A stretch of 64,000 nucleotides of DNA from Eledone cirrhosa (GCA_964016885.1 OZ024740.1:42408001-42472000), one strand, 5' to 3'; positions 16,225-30,800 are shown, counted from the first letter of the stretch. Notes: generated from the letters alone by a model not told the origin. Numbers and translations: made by a program.

Positions 16225-16834
16225 TGAAAATAGGGAGAAAAAGACGATTACTAGGAAGAAAAATATATTTTTTTCCTTTTATTTTTTTCTCTTTTTTCTG
16301 GGTTAGAGAATGTTTAAAACAAAATATTTTACTTTGTGTGAATTGTTAAGGTATTAGTTAATTTATTTGTTAATTAACAATGGCATTTATTTATTTATTT
16401 ATTTATTCATATATTTAATAATTGTCTATTACCGGTTTCAGCATTTTATGCATTATCAAATGGGGGAAGTTGTATTGGTATAACATGCTGGAGAGAAAAT
16501 AAGGTGGCGTTGAACATGTTAAGGAAATGGGAAAGAAAGAATATTATTTACAAACAAGGTTTTTGAAGTAAAAAGAAAAAAAGAAAAAAAGGGGGTGTTG
16601 TGGAACATAAGTTAATGGAAAAGAAAGAATAATACTATTTACAGGCATAGTTCTTGAGGATAAGCTGCTTATCCTCAAGAACTATGCCTGTAAATAATAT
16701 TATTCTTTCTTTCCCATTTCCTTAACATGCTCAACGCCACCTTATTTTCTCTCCAGCATTTTATACCAATACAAATTCCCCCATTTGATAATGCATAAAA
16801 TGCTTAAACCGGTAATTGACAATTATTAAATATA

Positions 16835-16873
<39 letters not shown>

Positions 16874-17038
16874 ATGCCATTGTTAATTAACAAATAAATT
16901 AACTAATACCTTAACACTTCACACAAAATAAAATATTTTGTTTTAAACATTCTCTAACCCAGAAAAAAGAGAAAAAAAAATAAAAGGAATAAAAAAGTTG
17001 TTCTTCCTAATATTCGTCTTTTTCTCTTTATTTTCACA
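16225..17038. repeat. Fold-back palindrome of a PLE pLTR (centre 16666) with degenerate HHR motif
   Basis: GAGGATAAGC-T-GCTTATCCTC centre; arms ~370-440 bp; TTGATAA-tgcataaaatgct-GAAA-ccgg-TA on the minus strand at ~16430-16460. Confidence 0.85.
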
Positions 17039-17098
17039 CACACACATATATATATATATATATTCCAACTCGTGTGCTCATTCACCACATTTTATAAT

Positions 17099-17187
<89 letters not shown>

Positions 17188-17390
17188 TTAATTATACTAT
17201 TTATGGTTATGTAAATACAAAAACCTTTTGCAGTTATATATATTTTTATACAAACCCTAAATAGTGGTAGGCAGTAATATATTACTACCTTATGACCAGT
17301 AAGTTAAGTAGCTCAATGTAAAAACATCAGATGCTTTACAGAGCAGTTATATGAATTATAAGAATCAAAGAACTGTTCAAAACATTTTTG

Positions 17391-17437
17391 TGCTTACAAC
17401 TGTTTCCTCCAAACCGAGGTTTAGATTCTTCGGAGCA
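17391..17437 (-). ncRNA. Type I hammerhead-like motif with CCGAAGA core (second copy 23022-23068, +)
   Basis: tgct-CCGAAGA-atctaaacctcggtttggag-GAAA-cagttg-TA-agca. Confidence 0.7.
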
Positions 17438-19129
17438 ATTTATTATTGAATGAACACTTATATGACCTCCTTTTCACCCAAGAAAGATACAGATACATAT
17501 GCAAATATTGTGGGTCAATATTCATTACAGCATTTAGAGTGGCAGTACACACTTAGAGATTACATTCATATTAAAAGATACAATCAAAAATACAGGTTAA
17601 AATACAACATCAAATTAAGCGGTTATATTGTGCAAAGGTTATATGTGTGGCAAGCACGTGCGTCTTGTTTATATAGTGTGGCAGAGAGTTGCGTGTAGTA
17701 GAAGCACTTAAGCAGGTAATCGAGAGTGTTAGGTTGGTTGATCTGGTGACGAATTCTTTATATGATTGTTATAGTCTGTGTGTGGAGAAATAATATAAGT
17801 ATTAAAAATAGTGTAAGCATTAAACATATTGGAAATGCGCAGCGAAGCGATGATATGGACTTCATGCACTTCGACATTTTCATAGTCTGGGGAGCGTATT
17901 CTTCAGATTATATGCCCCTCACATAATCCACGACTATTCGATATTGGGGGTTTGACAATCCAGTTAGAGAATCGTAGTCTGATGTTCTTTAGTTCAATAC
18001 AGGAGGATGTTACGTTTCAAGAATCGACATCGAAATACTACCCGGAAGTGTGTGTGTGGCTAAGGGGAGTTAATGCATGAGGGGAGGTAACTCCGTGGTT
18101 TCTATTACTAACTATTATAATGTGTCTCAAAATAGACCCTAACTTATATGGTTATGCGCAATTTCTAAAGAATTTCTAAAATCTAAAGTGTTTTAAGTAT
18201 AGGGTAGTCTACTCAGTTGTGCTGAAGGTGTTCTTATTATTATGGTGATTAACCCCCATCGTAGAGTGCCACAAATGAATATTATACACGTCGAGCGAGG
18301 ATTCTAAATTAATGATCTCTGTGGTTGCAGTCAACTCAAAGGACTAGGCACGTTGATTGCAGAATCACTTCAATACACAATGATCTCTGGTAAGTTCTGG
18401 GTCATCGCTTGCTACATTGGATGTCGAAAGATAATCATCACCAGGGCCGACCAGAGGTCAATCCACCGTCCTCATGACTCCAATCTGACCATCAAATCAT
18501 CCATATATATACAACCCATACACCACCTGCAATACATTTATTCACTGCATTCAGCGTACCGGTCATACACTGCTCATCAGCGTTACTAGATTAATTCGTT
18601 TTTCCTTTGTCCAACGATGGCACTTGCTCCGCACAGCACCAACAAGACAATCAATTTAATGCTTAAATTAACTATAAAGTGGTGTAGTGCAGTTCAAGCG
18701 AGTGGATGTTGTCACACCTAAAGTGGAGGTACAGATGGGTATTCCCCCTGTGAAGGGTTCTAGAGGGATGTCGCTGTTTGTGTTATATTAGATCAGTGAG
18801 TGTTGGATATGTGGTATAAGGTGTGCCCCTGGTGTTTGATACTAGAGGTGGTGTTTGGAGGAAACAGTTGTAAGCACAAACATGTTTTGAACAGTTCTTT
18901 GATTCTTATAATTCATATAACTGCTCTGTAAAGCATCTGATGTTTTTACATTGAGCTACTTAACTTACTGGTAATAAGGTAGTAATATATTACTGCCTAC
19001 CACTATTTAGGGTTTGTATAAAAATATATATAACTGCAAAAGGTTTTTGTATTTACATAACCATAAATAGTATAATTAATACTATTAACTGCTCCATATT
19101 GTTGAGCTGACATACAATAAATTACCAAT

Positions 19130-21587
19130 ATGCTAAACAAAGACCAACTCCCCATGTCAACAAAGAACATACCAATACCATCCAAGAATACATGTGAGAA
19201 ATTGCTGATCAACAGTGTAAATTCATTTATCAATAGAGTGAGATGGAGGACATTCCATTATGATAGAAACAGATCTAACAATGTTAATAGTACTAACAAA
19301 TTTGACTCCTTCGGCTTTAAAACCTTTAAAAGCCCCCCTCATAACACACTACTTAACTCCTTTGAAAATGACCTAGTTAAACTAGTTAAGAACATTAAAT
19401 ACAATAAGCACCATAATAGAAGCCACACCTTCTTAAACAAACTTAACACCTCTATTAATGGATTCAAAACTAGTAATAAAATTATTGTACACGCAAATAA
19501 AACTAATAACATATACAGCCTAGATTATAATACTTATAGAAAGTTTATATATAATGAACTGCATAAAAGCTACAAGAAGACCACTTTGAAAAACTTAGAG
19601 GATATTAATATAGAGGGATATAATATAGTGTCTAAACTAGCACTTCCGAGGCATACACAACCATACACCCCAAACCCCCCTAGATTCTCTCTGAAGGATC
19701 ATAAGGAGGACTTCATTAGCAACCCCTTGATAAGACTTATCTGCCCTTCCAAGTCCGACATTGATATTATCAGCAAGAACATTTTACATAAAATCATCAC
19801 ACAAATTAAACACAAGATACACCTTAAACAATGGGGAAATACGGGTGAAGTTATTGAATGGTTCAAAGATATCAAGAATAATAAGGACAAAAAATTTATT
19901 CAATTTGATATCAATTCATACTACACCTCTATTTCCCCTATCCTATTAAATAAGGCACTAATCATGGCCATGAACAATAGCGACCTGACTAGAGCCCAGA
20001 TTGATGTCATCCTTGCGGCCCGTAAAACCATAATCACCTTCGAGGAGCAGCTATGGACACGCAAGGATACGCACAACAACTTCGACATAACCATGGGATC
20101 TAGTGACTCGGCGCAGGTCACTGATTTGGTCGGCCTATACCTTCTTAATGAAATCCATAAGGACCTCCCTTACCTCAACGGTGGTTTGTACCGCGATGAT
20201 GCACTTCTACTTATAGAATATAAAAAATTTAATATAGAAAGAACTAGAAAACTATTGCACAAGACATTCAGAAACTTTAACCTTAGTATCACCATGGACA
20301 AAAACACTAAAAATGTTAACTTCCTAGACGCCACACTATACCTAGACTCAAAAATATATACACCTTTCCATACGCCTAACGAAAAACTCATTTACGTAGA
20401 TACCAAGTCTAATCACCCTAGATCAATATTAAACTCTATCTCTAAGGGGGTATCCAATAGAATCTCTAATCTATCCTATGACGCAAACATATTTTGCAAA
20501 AACTCAGAATATTATAATCAAGCATTAGCTAGATCCGGCCATAATATAGAAATTGAGTTCCTACCTAAGAAAACGCATAGCTACAACATCATCTCGCACA
20601 ACATGTCCATGAGGAAACCTAATAATATGAATAGCAACCACACGTACACTAAAGCGGAGGGTGCCACCGGAAGTAACCATTACCACGGAAACTACCGTAG
20701 TACCTTAGGAAGAAACAACACACCAGACACTAAAAACAAAAATAAGAGAAGAAATAATACATTTTTCAACCCTCCTTTCAACCTAAATGTCTCCACCAAC
20801 ATACCTAGGGCTTTCTTCTCACTACTAGATAAAAACTTCCCTCTAGGACACAAGTACCACAACCTTTTAAACAAAAACACTATTAAAATCTCATACTCTA
20901 CGACGCCTAACTTAGCATACCACAGAGCTAGCAGCAATAAAAGTAAAATTAATTCTTACTTCCAACAAAAGAAATCACAACAGGAGGTACACCTTCTAAA
21001 TACCTCTGTGGCAAGCAACCATAGTAACGGCAGTAATAATAGAAATAACACTAGTATAAGAAATAACACCGGGGCCGACAACCCGAATGTCCAAAATACT
21101 ATAGCTACCACCCAGACTTCTGCACTGCATTATAACCAGCAGACTAACACACAGGATAATTGTAACTGTAGAGCTAATAGAACCTGCCCTTTAGATAAAA
21201 AATGCCTAACCAGGGATATCATATACTCATGCACCGTCACAACTAGCAACTCTTCAGAAACCTATGTAGGCTCCACTTCTAACTGCTTCAAAATCAGATA
21301 TAATTCGCACATCCACTCGTTCAAAAAGCACAGTCTAGCCAACTCCACCTCACTATCTAGCTACATACACTATCTAAAAACTAAAAATAAACCTTACACA
21401 CTCAAATGGGAAGTGATAGGTAGCGCGACTTCGTACAAACCACCTAAAATGTTGTAACCTCTGTATACTAGAAACCCACAATATTATCTTCTCTAACCGT
21501 AACCTACTTAACAAAAAATCTGAAGTGTTTGCAACGTGCCAGCACCGCTTCAGACATTCCTTCCAAAACTTTAAGCCCAATATATAG
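19130..21587 (+). CDS. PLE (Naiad clade) RT + GIY-YIG endonuclease; one frameshift near 21445
   Basis: KNIPIP, LKDHK, FDINSYYTS, MGSSDSAQVTDLVG, LYRDD, SNHP, FNPPF, CNCR...CPLDKKCL, IIY...YVGST. Alternate frame continues CCNLC...LNKKSE...CQHR to TAG at 21585-21587. Confidence 0.9.
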
Positions 21588-24519
21588 CAATGTCGGACTT
21601 GAACCAAACACCACCTCTAGCATCAAACACCAGGGGCACACCTTATACCACATACCCAACACTCACTGATCTAATATAACACAAACAGCGACATCCTCTA
21701 GAACCCTTCACAGGGGGAATACCCATCTGTACCTCCACTTTAGGTGTGACAACATCCACTCGCTTGAACTGCACTACACCACTTTATAGGTAATTTAAGC
21801 ATTGAATTGATTGTCTTGTTGATGCTGTGCGGAGGAAGTGCCATCGTTGGACAAATGAAAAACGAATTAATCTAGTAACGCTGATGAGCAGTATGACCGG
21901 TACGCTGAGTGCAGGGAATGAATGTACTGCAAGTGGCGTATGGGTTTTACATATATGGATGATTTGATGGTCAGATTGGAGTCATGAGGACTGTGGATTG
22001 ACCCCTGGTCGGCCTTGGTGATGATTATCTTTCGACATCCAATGTAGCAAGCGATGACCCAGAATTTACCAGAGATCATTGTGTGTTGAAGTGATTCTGC
22101 AATCAACGTGCCTGGTCCTTTGAGTAGACTGCAACCACAGAGATCATTAATTTAGAATCCTCGCTCGACGTGTATAATATTCATTCGTGGCACTCTACGA
22201 TGGGGGTTAATCACCATAATAATAAGAACACCTTCAGCACAACTGAGTAGACTACCCTATACTTAAAACACTTTAAATTTTAGAAATTCTTTAGAAATTG
22301 CTCATAACCATATAAGTTAGGGTCTATTTTGAGACACATTATAATAGTTAGTAATAGAAACCACGGAGTTACCTCCCCTCATGCATTAACTCCCCTTAGC
22401 CACACACACACTACCGGGTAGTATTTCGATGTCGATTCTCGAAACGTAACATCCTCCTGTATTGAACTAAAGAACATCAGACTACGATTCTCTAACTGGA
22501 TTGTCAAACGCCCAATATCGAATCGTCGTGGATTATGTGAGGGGCATATAATCTGAAAAATACGTTCCCCAGACTATGAAAATGTCGAAGTGCATGAAGT
22601 CCATATCATCGCTTCGCTGCGCATTTCCTATATTTTTAATGCTTACACTATTTTTAATACTTATATTATTTCTCCACACACAGACTATAACAATCATATA
22701 AAGAATTCGTCACCATATCAACCAACCTAACACTCTCGATTACCTGCTTAAGGGCTTCTACTACACGCAACTCTCTGCCACACTATATAAACAAGACGCA
22801 CGTGCTTGCCACACATATAACCTTTGTACAATATAACCGCTTAATTTCATGTTGTATTTTAACCTGTATTTTTGATTGTATCTTTTAATATGAATGTAAT
22901 CTCTAAGTGTGTACTGCCACTCTAAATGTTGTAATGAATGTTGACCCACAATATTTGAATATCTATCTGTATGTCTCTTGGGTGAAAAGGAGGTCATATA
23001 AGTGTTCATTCAATAATGAATTGCTCCGAAGAATCTAAACCTCGGTTTGGAGGAAACAGTTGTAACCACAAAAATGTTTTGAACAGTTCTTTGATTCTTA
23101 TAATTCTTATATATATATATATATATATATCGGGATTTGAGTAAATGTGTGCATGAGTTTAGCTGTATGTTGTGTGAGTAGGTGTGTGTTTGTTGGGATG
23201 TCTTCATTTTCTTCATAATGTTTGAAATGGGAAATCGACTTGACGCAAGAATTCTGCTTGGTCACCTCTTACAATTTCTCAGAATTCTGTATGAATTAAT
23301 GCTTTGTCATCTCGTACAATACTTCAGAAATATTCTGGCTGAATAAGGCGTTATAAATAGGCATAATAATTGTCTCCTTAAAAATCCAGTGAGAAATTTG
23401 AGAGGAAATTTCGCTCGTGTATTGCCATTCAATTAGCATAACTTGCCACAAGAAACCTCTGAGTAGGTTGGTTTATTTGGTCAGAAAATACATCGACATT
23501 ACATAATCATAGAAGATTGCCGATGCTCTCGTTGATGATGTGTATAGCTGTGCTGAAGCTGAAGTACATATGTCATTTAAGAAGCATGCCTTCTCGTCGT
23601 TCGTCATTTATCGTCGTCGCTTCATCAACGTCCCTTCATTAACGTGTTTAGTGGAACGTAGACCCAAATGTTCTAATCAGTGTTCTTGCAGAAGCTGATG
23701 ATTCTCCATATATCTTATATTAGGGGAATTTAAATATGAGGATTATAGATAATTTTCAAATGTTTCTTTAGCCTGAAGCAGTATCCAGGTCATTACAGAG
23801 TTGGGAAAAACCAAACTGTACTGCAATTCAGTCTATCAGGTGTGATATAGAGCAGTTAACAACCAAACTTTGTATATTCAAAATGATATTAATAGAAAAT
23901 AAAAGTATTTATAAGATAACTGAATAAGACAATTATACAAGCGTTCTTATATAATAGTAAAAATTCATAACGTTAGGACGCCATTAGTTTTGGGCGTAGT
24001 ATAATGGATGATATGGAAAAAGTACTTGACTCAAGTTATTTCATTAATACCGAAATATTTGAATGTAGAACAAAAAGCTCCCAGTTTGAAGCATTCTATT
24101 TAATCAGTCTCAAGACGTCTCTGCTTTCAGGGCCAATAAATAAGTACTATAATAGATCAATATCTTCGATTTCAAGAATGGTATCTTACCTAAATTACAA
24201 ATCAATGTTAGAAATATTATTACGAAATATATTTGTCTTGCTCAGAAAAGATTTTCTCTTAAAATATTCATAACAAATATCTGCAGGCTTTTTTCTTTTA
24301 GTTCTTTCAGAATGATAACCACTGTACACAGGCAAAGATTCTTCAAAAGACCTAATTGCCATGTTTTCATGTAATCTCTAGTAATATCATCGATTACTTT
24401 ATAAAATGAAACTGAATGGACAGATATATAGGTGTGTATGTATAGACAGTCACTCACATTTTACATGTATACAAACATGTGTATCAGTTTACACACACAC
24501 ACACACACAGGCACACAGA

Positions 24520-24589
<70 letters not shown>

Positions 24590-24592
<3 letters not shown>

Positions 24593-25023
24593 CCAAAAGT
24601 TAAACAAGGTTCATTGATTAATCAATGAATATAGTTTTACAATAGATTAGATGCACTCAACAGTAGGGTTTCTGGAGTAATTAATATTAATTCAAAATAT
24701 TAATAAATATGGACATTCATCTGGTCAAATATATTTTATTATATATATTTCAGAGTTACTGTGGTGATTCCTCAGTACGTCCTCATCAGATAAAATTAAT
24801 TGATGTCTGACATACCTCAACTGTGCTGATGGTTCAATTCCAGTTTGGCTGCCAAGACTGGAATTGAACCATCAGCACAGTTGAGGTATGTCAGACATCA
24901 ATTAATTTTATCTGATGAGGACGTACTGAGGAAACAGCACAGTACCTCTGAAATATATATAATAAAATATATTTGATCACATGAATTTCCATATTTATTA
25001 ATATTTTGAATTAATATTTTGAA

Positions 25024-25029
<6 letters not shown>
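24590..25029. repeat. Fold-back pLTR palindrome (arms 24682-24849 / 24851-25029) with one-sided tail
   Basis: TTTGGC-T-GCCAA centre; CTGATGAG...GAAAC motif at ~24912-24935 with poor stem II. Confidence 0.85.
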
Positions 25030-25054
<25 letters not shown>

Positions 25055-25659
25055 GGTGGCTGCCAACTCGTTTTCGAGTACGGCCATTACTTTATATGCA
25101 TGTAGGAGAACCCCTACCGATGCGTGTGAACGGGTGTGACTTTTAAGTCCAGCCAGCGACTTGAAAACTCTGGTACAAACACTACACTTGTGAAAATTAT
25201 TGACACATAGTGCTGGGCCTATGGTACCATGTGACAAGTGCAGAGAGATCTCCAGATACAAAGCAATGCCTTGCTGTAAAGTTTTTATAGTGAGCAAAGG
25301 CACTGCACAAAGCCAGTGCCACTCTCTTAACCGAGATGATATTTACCAAAAAGAAGAACAAGTCAACATCATTGGATACCATCAGGGTTGCAGGTGTTAT
25401 ATCAGAGTTTTCCTTCTCCTAGAATTCTGCATTGACAAAGGCTAAGGGGTCATCTCTCCCGGTGATTTTGGATGGACAGTGACTCTTAAGAGCTCCTTTG
25501 CCGTTTGACAGGTTTTGTTTTTAGTCCTGCAGGATGTCCAAAGTCACCCTCCTCACCAAGAAACCTTGGTGGGGTTGCCAGTTTAGACGCCAACGACCCG
25601 ACCATGAGACAGGTTGTACTGGGATACATGTTACCAGTAGCAACAACTTGTGACCTGAC
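25055..25659 (-). mobile_element. Non-autonomous RTE-clade derivative (5'UTR-like part + C2H2-encoding 3' end)
   Basis: [23 protein letters not shown]; 3' end GAAAACGAGTTGGCAGCCACC-(AT)n. Confidence 0.72.
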
Positions 25660-25714
25660 ATATATATATATATACATACATACATATATATATATACATA
25701 CTTACATACATACA

Positions 25715-25930
25715 TGGTGGCTGGCAACTCGTTTTCGAGTACGGCCACTACTTTATATCCATGTAGGAGAACCCCTACGGGATGCGCTGAACAAGTGTAA
25801 CTTTTTAGGCAGCCAGCGACTTGAAAACTCTGGTACAAACACTACACTTGTGACAATTATTGACACATAGTGCTGGGCCCATGGTACCATGTAACGACAA
25901 GTGCAGAGAGATCTCCAGATATAAAGCAAT
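25715..25930 (-). mobile_element. RTE-derived 3' fragment
   Basis: Matches 25055-25267. Confidence 0.8.
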
Positions 25931-26131
25931 ACATACATACATACATACATACATACATACATACATACATACATACATACATACATACATAGATATATAC
26001 ATGCATATATAAATACATACATACATATATATATATATACATATATATATACATACATATATATATATATATACATACATACATACATATATATATACAT
26101 ACATATATACAATATATATATATATATACAT

Positions 26132-26171
<40 letters not shown>

Positions 26172-26185
26172 CAATATATATATAA

Positions 26186-26222
<37 letters not shown>

Positions 26223-26324
26223 AGGGTTAATATATATCTGAGGGTACAATGTACCCCCGGAAATATATAGTGTGTCTATGATTTAAGGTGGTTCTATGGT
26301 AATAATTTGATATACCAGATCTTA

Positions 26325-26402
26325 TTCTCTGATGATCTTTGCTTTTCCATTAATATCCACGTGATATCTAATGTTTTGCAAAGTGAAACTGTACAGTTAG
26401 GG
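26325..26402 (+). ncRNA. Type I hammerhead ribozyme in a solo pLTR (~26220-26520)
   Basis: ttct-CTGATGA-(ctttgc...gcaaag)-GAAA-ctgtacag-TT-aggg; followed by AG/GTAAAT donor-like site. Confidence 0.72.
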
Positions 26403-26517
26403 CCATTTGAATAGGTAAATATTTATATTATATTTTTTAATTTTGATTAATTTTAATTGTATATTAATTTTGATTTATTTTGAAAAATTGGTTGAATTTT
26501 ACTTGTTCTGCTTATCT

Positions 26518-26685
<168 letters not shown>

Positions 26686-26798
26686 GGAGAGAGAGAGATA
26701 CAATATATATATAAACATACATATATATATACATACATACAATATATATATAAACATAAATATATATATACATACATATATATATATACATACATATA

Positions 26799-27233
26799 TG
26801 GTGGCTGCCAACTCGTTTTCGAGTACGGCCACTACTTTATATCCATGTAGGAGAACCCCTACCGATGCGCTGAATGAGTGTGACTTTTTAGTCCAGCCAG
26901 CGACTTGAAAACTCTGGTACAAACACTACACTTGTGATATTTATTGACACATAGTGCTGGGCCCATGGTACCATGTGACGACAAGTGCAGAGAGATCTCC
27001 AGATACAAAGCAATGCCTGTGTCGTGTAGCTTTTATAGTGAGCAAAGGCACTGCACAAAGCCAGTGCCACTCTCTTAACCAAGATGATATTTACCAAAAA
27101 GAAGAACAAGTCAACATCATTGGATACCATCAGGGTTGCAGGTGTTATATCAGAGTTTTCCTTCTCCTAGAATTCTGCCTTGACAAAGGTTGTACTGGGA
27201 TACATGTTACCAGTAGCACTAACTGGTGACCTG
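26799..27233 (-). mobile_element. RTE-derived element with internal deletion
   Basis: Matches 25055-25441 joined to 25612-25659. Confidence 0.8.
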
Positions 27234-27378
27234 ATATACATATATATATATACATACATACACACATATATACATACAAACAATATATATATATATACAT
27301 ACATACAATATATATATATACATACATACAATACATATATATATATACATACATACATACAATATATATATATATATA

Positions 27379-28110
27379 TAACTTTGAATAACTTTGAAAT
27401 GCTTTGGCCAGTATTGGCCCATGCCATGTCTAACTTAATAGCACCAGCTGGCGAAGTCTTTCAATTCAGGATTTGGGCACCATGGCCCATTCGAAAAGAG
27501 AATTACTGTTTGCGGAGACATATCCGGGTGTGGGTGGTTTGTCCGGGATTACTTGGAGGAATTTGTCCAAAGACTTCTTGAATTTTGTGTGGTCAGTTTC
27601 TGTTTTGACGTGTCCAGGTGTGATGTTGAAGAGAGCAGGGCCAATTGAGGGGAAATAATTGTGCCGTATTGTTGTTATGAGTTGCGATTTAGATTTTTGT
27701 TTGGGACGGATAGCACGGGGCCCAAGCCTTGGGTGTATTTTGAAGGTGATGCCAACATCATTTGGGCAGTGCTGATGAAACATTTTCCACATCATGCAGA
27801 TAATATAACGCTCACGGCGACGTTGGAGTGAGTAAAGTTTCAGCTTTTCTAGTCGACCCCAGTAGTCAAGGTCTGACATGCCATCTATCTTTTTCGTGAT
27901 TGCCCTTTGGGGAGCTTCAAGTTTCATGATACTTTGTTTCGTGTGGGAAGACCACAGTATTCAAGGTGTGGTCGGGCAAAAGTGGAGAAGAGAAGGATAA
28001 TGATGAGGGAATCTCTCGACTGGAAGGTTCTGAGGATCCAGGAACACATTCTGCGGGCCATGTCAACTTTGCTGCTTATATGCGTCGCCCAGCTTATGTT
28101 GCTGTCCACC
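27379..28110 (-). mobile_element. 5'-truncated CR1-like LINE (RT C-terminus + 3'UTR)
   Basis: ILRTFQSRD...RPHLEYC; [38 protein letters not shown]; short repeat tail TTCAAAGTTA x2. Confidence 0.87.
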
Positions 28111-28176
28111 ATACATATATATACATACATACAATATATATATATACATACAATCATATACACATACACACACACA

Positions 28177-28212
<36 letters not shown>

Positions 28213-28227
28213 TATATATACATACAT

Positions 28228-28263
<36 letters not shown>

Positions 28264-28377
28264 CATACTATATATATATATACATACAATATATATATAT
28301 ATATATATACATACACACAATATATATATATATATACATACATATATACATATATATATATACATATACATATACAC

Positions 28378-28410
<33 letters not shown>

Positions 28411-30752
28411 TGGAAAGTTATATTTAAATTGTTGTGTTACAACTAGTAAATATTTATAACTGATATAAAGGCACTCGACAAATATTTGGAGTATATTTAC
28501 AATATTAAATAAATGGAAACTATATTTATAAAACCATATTTATTTCATTATATATATTTCAGGGATAACATATTAACAATATGCTATGCCTTCCTCAGAC
28601 AAAATACAATATAAACAGTTTTATAGATAAATAGATTCGACATACCGTAAACAACATCTACTTGCATTTGAGAAGGTTGATTTGGTTGTGACAAAATTGT
28701 ACACAGAGAGAAAGAAAGAGAGAGAGAAAGAGAGAAAAAGAGAGAAAAAAAAAGAGAGAAAAAAAGAAAAGAAAAACAGAAAACGAAGAGAAAGAAAAAG
28801 AAGAAATGCATGGAACAAAATAGAGAGATGGAAAGATAGATAAAGAGAAGAACTTCATGTAAAGAAACAGAAAGATATATATATATATAGAGAGAGAGGA
28901 AATAGAGATAGATACATATATAGAAAGCTAGGTAGTGGGACAACTGTTGAATAACGTATCAATGATACATTTATTTATTTTTTTATTTATTTAGCTCTAG
29001 TATTAATGTAAGGGAGATATATGGAGGGAAAACCAGCTGTTATATAGGGAGAGAAAAAATATAGAGAGAGAGAAAAAAAGAGAGAGAGAAAATTCAAAAA
29101 CATCCAGACACAGGCTAGGCGTAAAAAACCTCTGTTTTAATGTAGAGGTATTAGTATTTACAAAACCACCCTCTGCATTGTAAATATCAGTATTCCTGAA
29201 TGAGATATGTATCCACAATGTGTGAAAATTAATGATCTTATGTTTAGTTTTTTTTTAAAATTCATATGTTTATGTGATAATTACAAACATCTATGTGAAT
29301 GTACATGATCAATTCTGCAAACTCTAAGTTCACGGAAAGTATTCTCAATGCGGTATAAAAATTTAAGTATACATATATGTGTATATAGAGTCAATATTAC
29401 TATTTCTGTCTCTACTCTACAAGATTATCTATCAAGCAAAGATAGAGCAGATTTCGATATACTAATAAAAACAAAAATAAAAATAAAAATATATCGGAAA
29501 CAAAACTAAACTAAAAATAACAATAATAATAATAAGTAATAATAAAATAGAAAACTAAGAAATATTACGAAAGAATATTACATATTAAAAATATTACATA
29601 TTAAAAAATTTACATATTAAAAATATTAAAAATAAAAATTAGGAAAAACTACAGTAATAAAAATAAAATAAACCACAGAGATCAACCCTTCAAAATTAAT
29701 TGACAATATATTGCCAAGTTCATTATAAACATCAGAGTCGAAAAACAGATAAAGCCAAAAATTATCTATCAAATCGCATCTAGCAAAGATCATTTCAAAA
29801 AGTATAGGATGCCCAATTTGGTCTACATGTGTTCTTATATTTAATATAGAAGTTTATCTAGTGTAACGTTTATTCGAAATATTTTTCATGAAGAATGTTT
29901 AAATAAATAAAATAAAAATAAAAAATAAAAAGAGTAAAAAGAGAATCAAAGATTTATCGGCTAGTTTCCCATATAATTATAAATCAAACTAAATATACTA
30001 CATTTTAAATTTAAATTTATATTTAAACGTTGAGTTTAATCTAGGTTTGCAACAACTGAATAAATTTGTCCGTAGATTAAGGGAATTTTTAGATTTTAGT
30101 ATAAAGAATATCTCCTCTGCGCAGAGGTCGCATGTCTCAGAGGATGAATTAAAAGGAATCCCTCTTGAGACTATATTCCAAGCCGTCGAATATCTAACGT
30201 TATCTAGCTTAAGTTGCCATAGTACGCCTGATAGTGCCGTTGAAGATTTTTTACTTGGATCTGTGAAAGAATTCTTGTGGTTATTATAGCGAAGTTTAAA
30301 TTCCGTCGATGTGGAACCGACGTAGTTAAAAGAATTAGAGTCAGTATTAACATTACAATTGTATACTATATTTTTAACTAAGCAGTTGTTATTTAACGGA
30401 CATTTAGATCTATCTCTACAGTTACATTTGTTAACTTGTATATTATTTATGCTGTTATCACTAGGTTTTAAGTTCCTATTATTTATTCTATTGATATTTA
30501 TTTTTTTCTCTCTTTTTCTCTCTTTCTCTCTCTCTTTCTTTCTCTCTGTGTACAATTTTGTCACAACCAAATCAACCTTCTCAAATGCAAGTAGATGTTG
30601 TTTACGGTATGTCGAATCTATTTATCTATAAAACTGTTTATATTGTATTTTGTCTGAGGAAGGCATAGCATATTGTTAATATGTTATCCCTGAAATATAT
30701 ATAATGAAATAAATATGGTTTTATAAATATAGTTTCCATTTATTTAATATTG

Positions 30753-30754
<2 letters not shown>
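28411..30754 (-). mobile_element. 5'-truncated Naiad-type PLE, second family, with inverted pLTR
   Basis: GIY-YIG ORF 29998-30500 (CNCRDRSKCPLNNNCL, IVY...YVGST, CDLC); 28498-28751 is the reverse complement of 30501-30754; tail 28411-28497. Confidence 0.9.
28543..28604 (-). ncRNA. Hammerhead ribozyme motif (inverted copy 30648-30709, +)
   Basis: CTGAGGA-aggcatagcatatt gtt aatatgttatccct-GAAA-tatata-TA; weak stem I. Confidence 0.68.
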
Positions 30755-30788
<34 letters not shown>

Positions 30789-30800
30789 GAGAAACTAGAA

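Larger units (their letters stand above)
17183..23106 (+). mobile_element. Naiad-type Penelope-like element with long inverted 5' duplication, inserted in (TA)n
   Basis: 17350-18857 is the reverse complement of 21605-23106; 17183-17413 is the reverse complement of 18853-19085; RT-GIY-YIG ORF lies between. Confidence 0.93.

Noticed and set aside
17450-18589. Duplicated small ORFs (82 aa, 78 aa) mirrored at 21867-23009
   Set aside because: Duplication is explained by the inverted repeat; antisense to the element; no recognisable domain.
19130-21960. Selenoprotein Naiad (in-frame UGA + SECIS)
   Set aside because: Some Naiads are known to use Sec, but no in-frame TGA occurs at Cys positions here or in 29998-30500. 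The ATGA...AA stem at ~21890 lacks the 3' GA of the SECIS core.
25440-25612. Spliced-out intron explaining the short RTE variant
   Set aside because: GT..AG removal would leave 3 extra nt; the junction fits a CCT microhomology deletion.
30500-30570. N-terminus of the 190-aa ORF 29998-30570 (and 36233-36249 of the 582-aa ORF)
   Set aside because: Derived from the inverted pLTR fused at the truncation point; not a true start.
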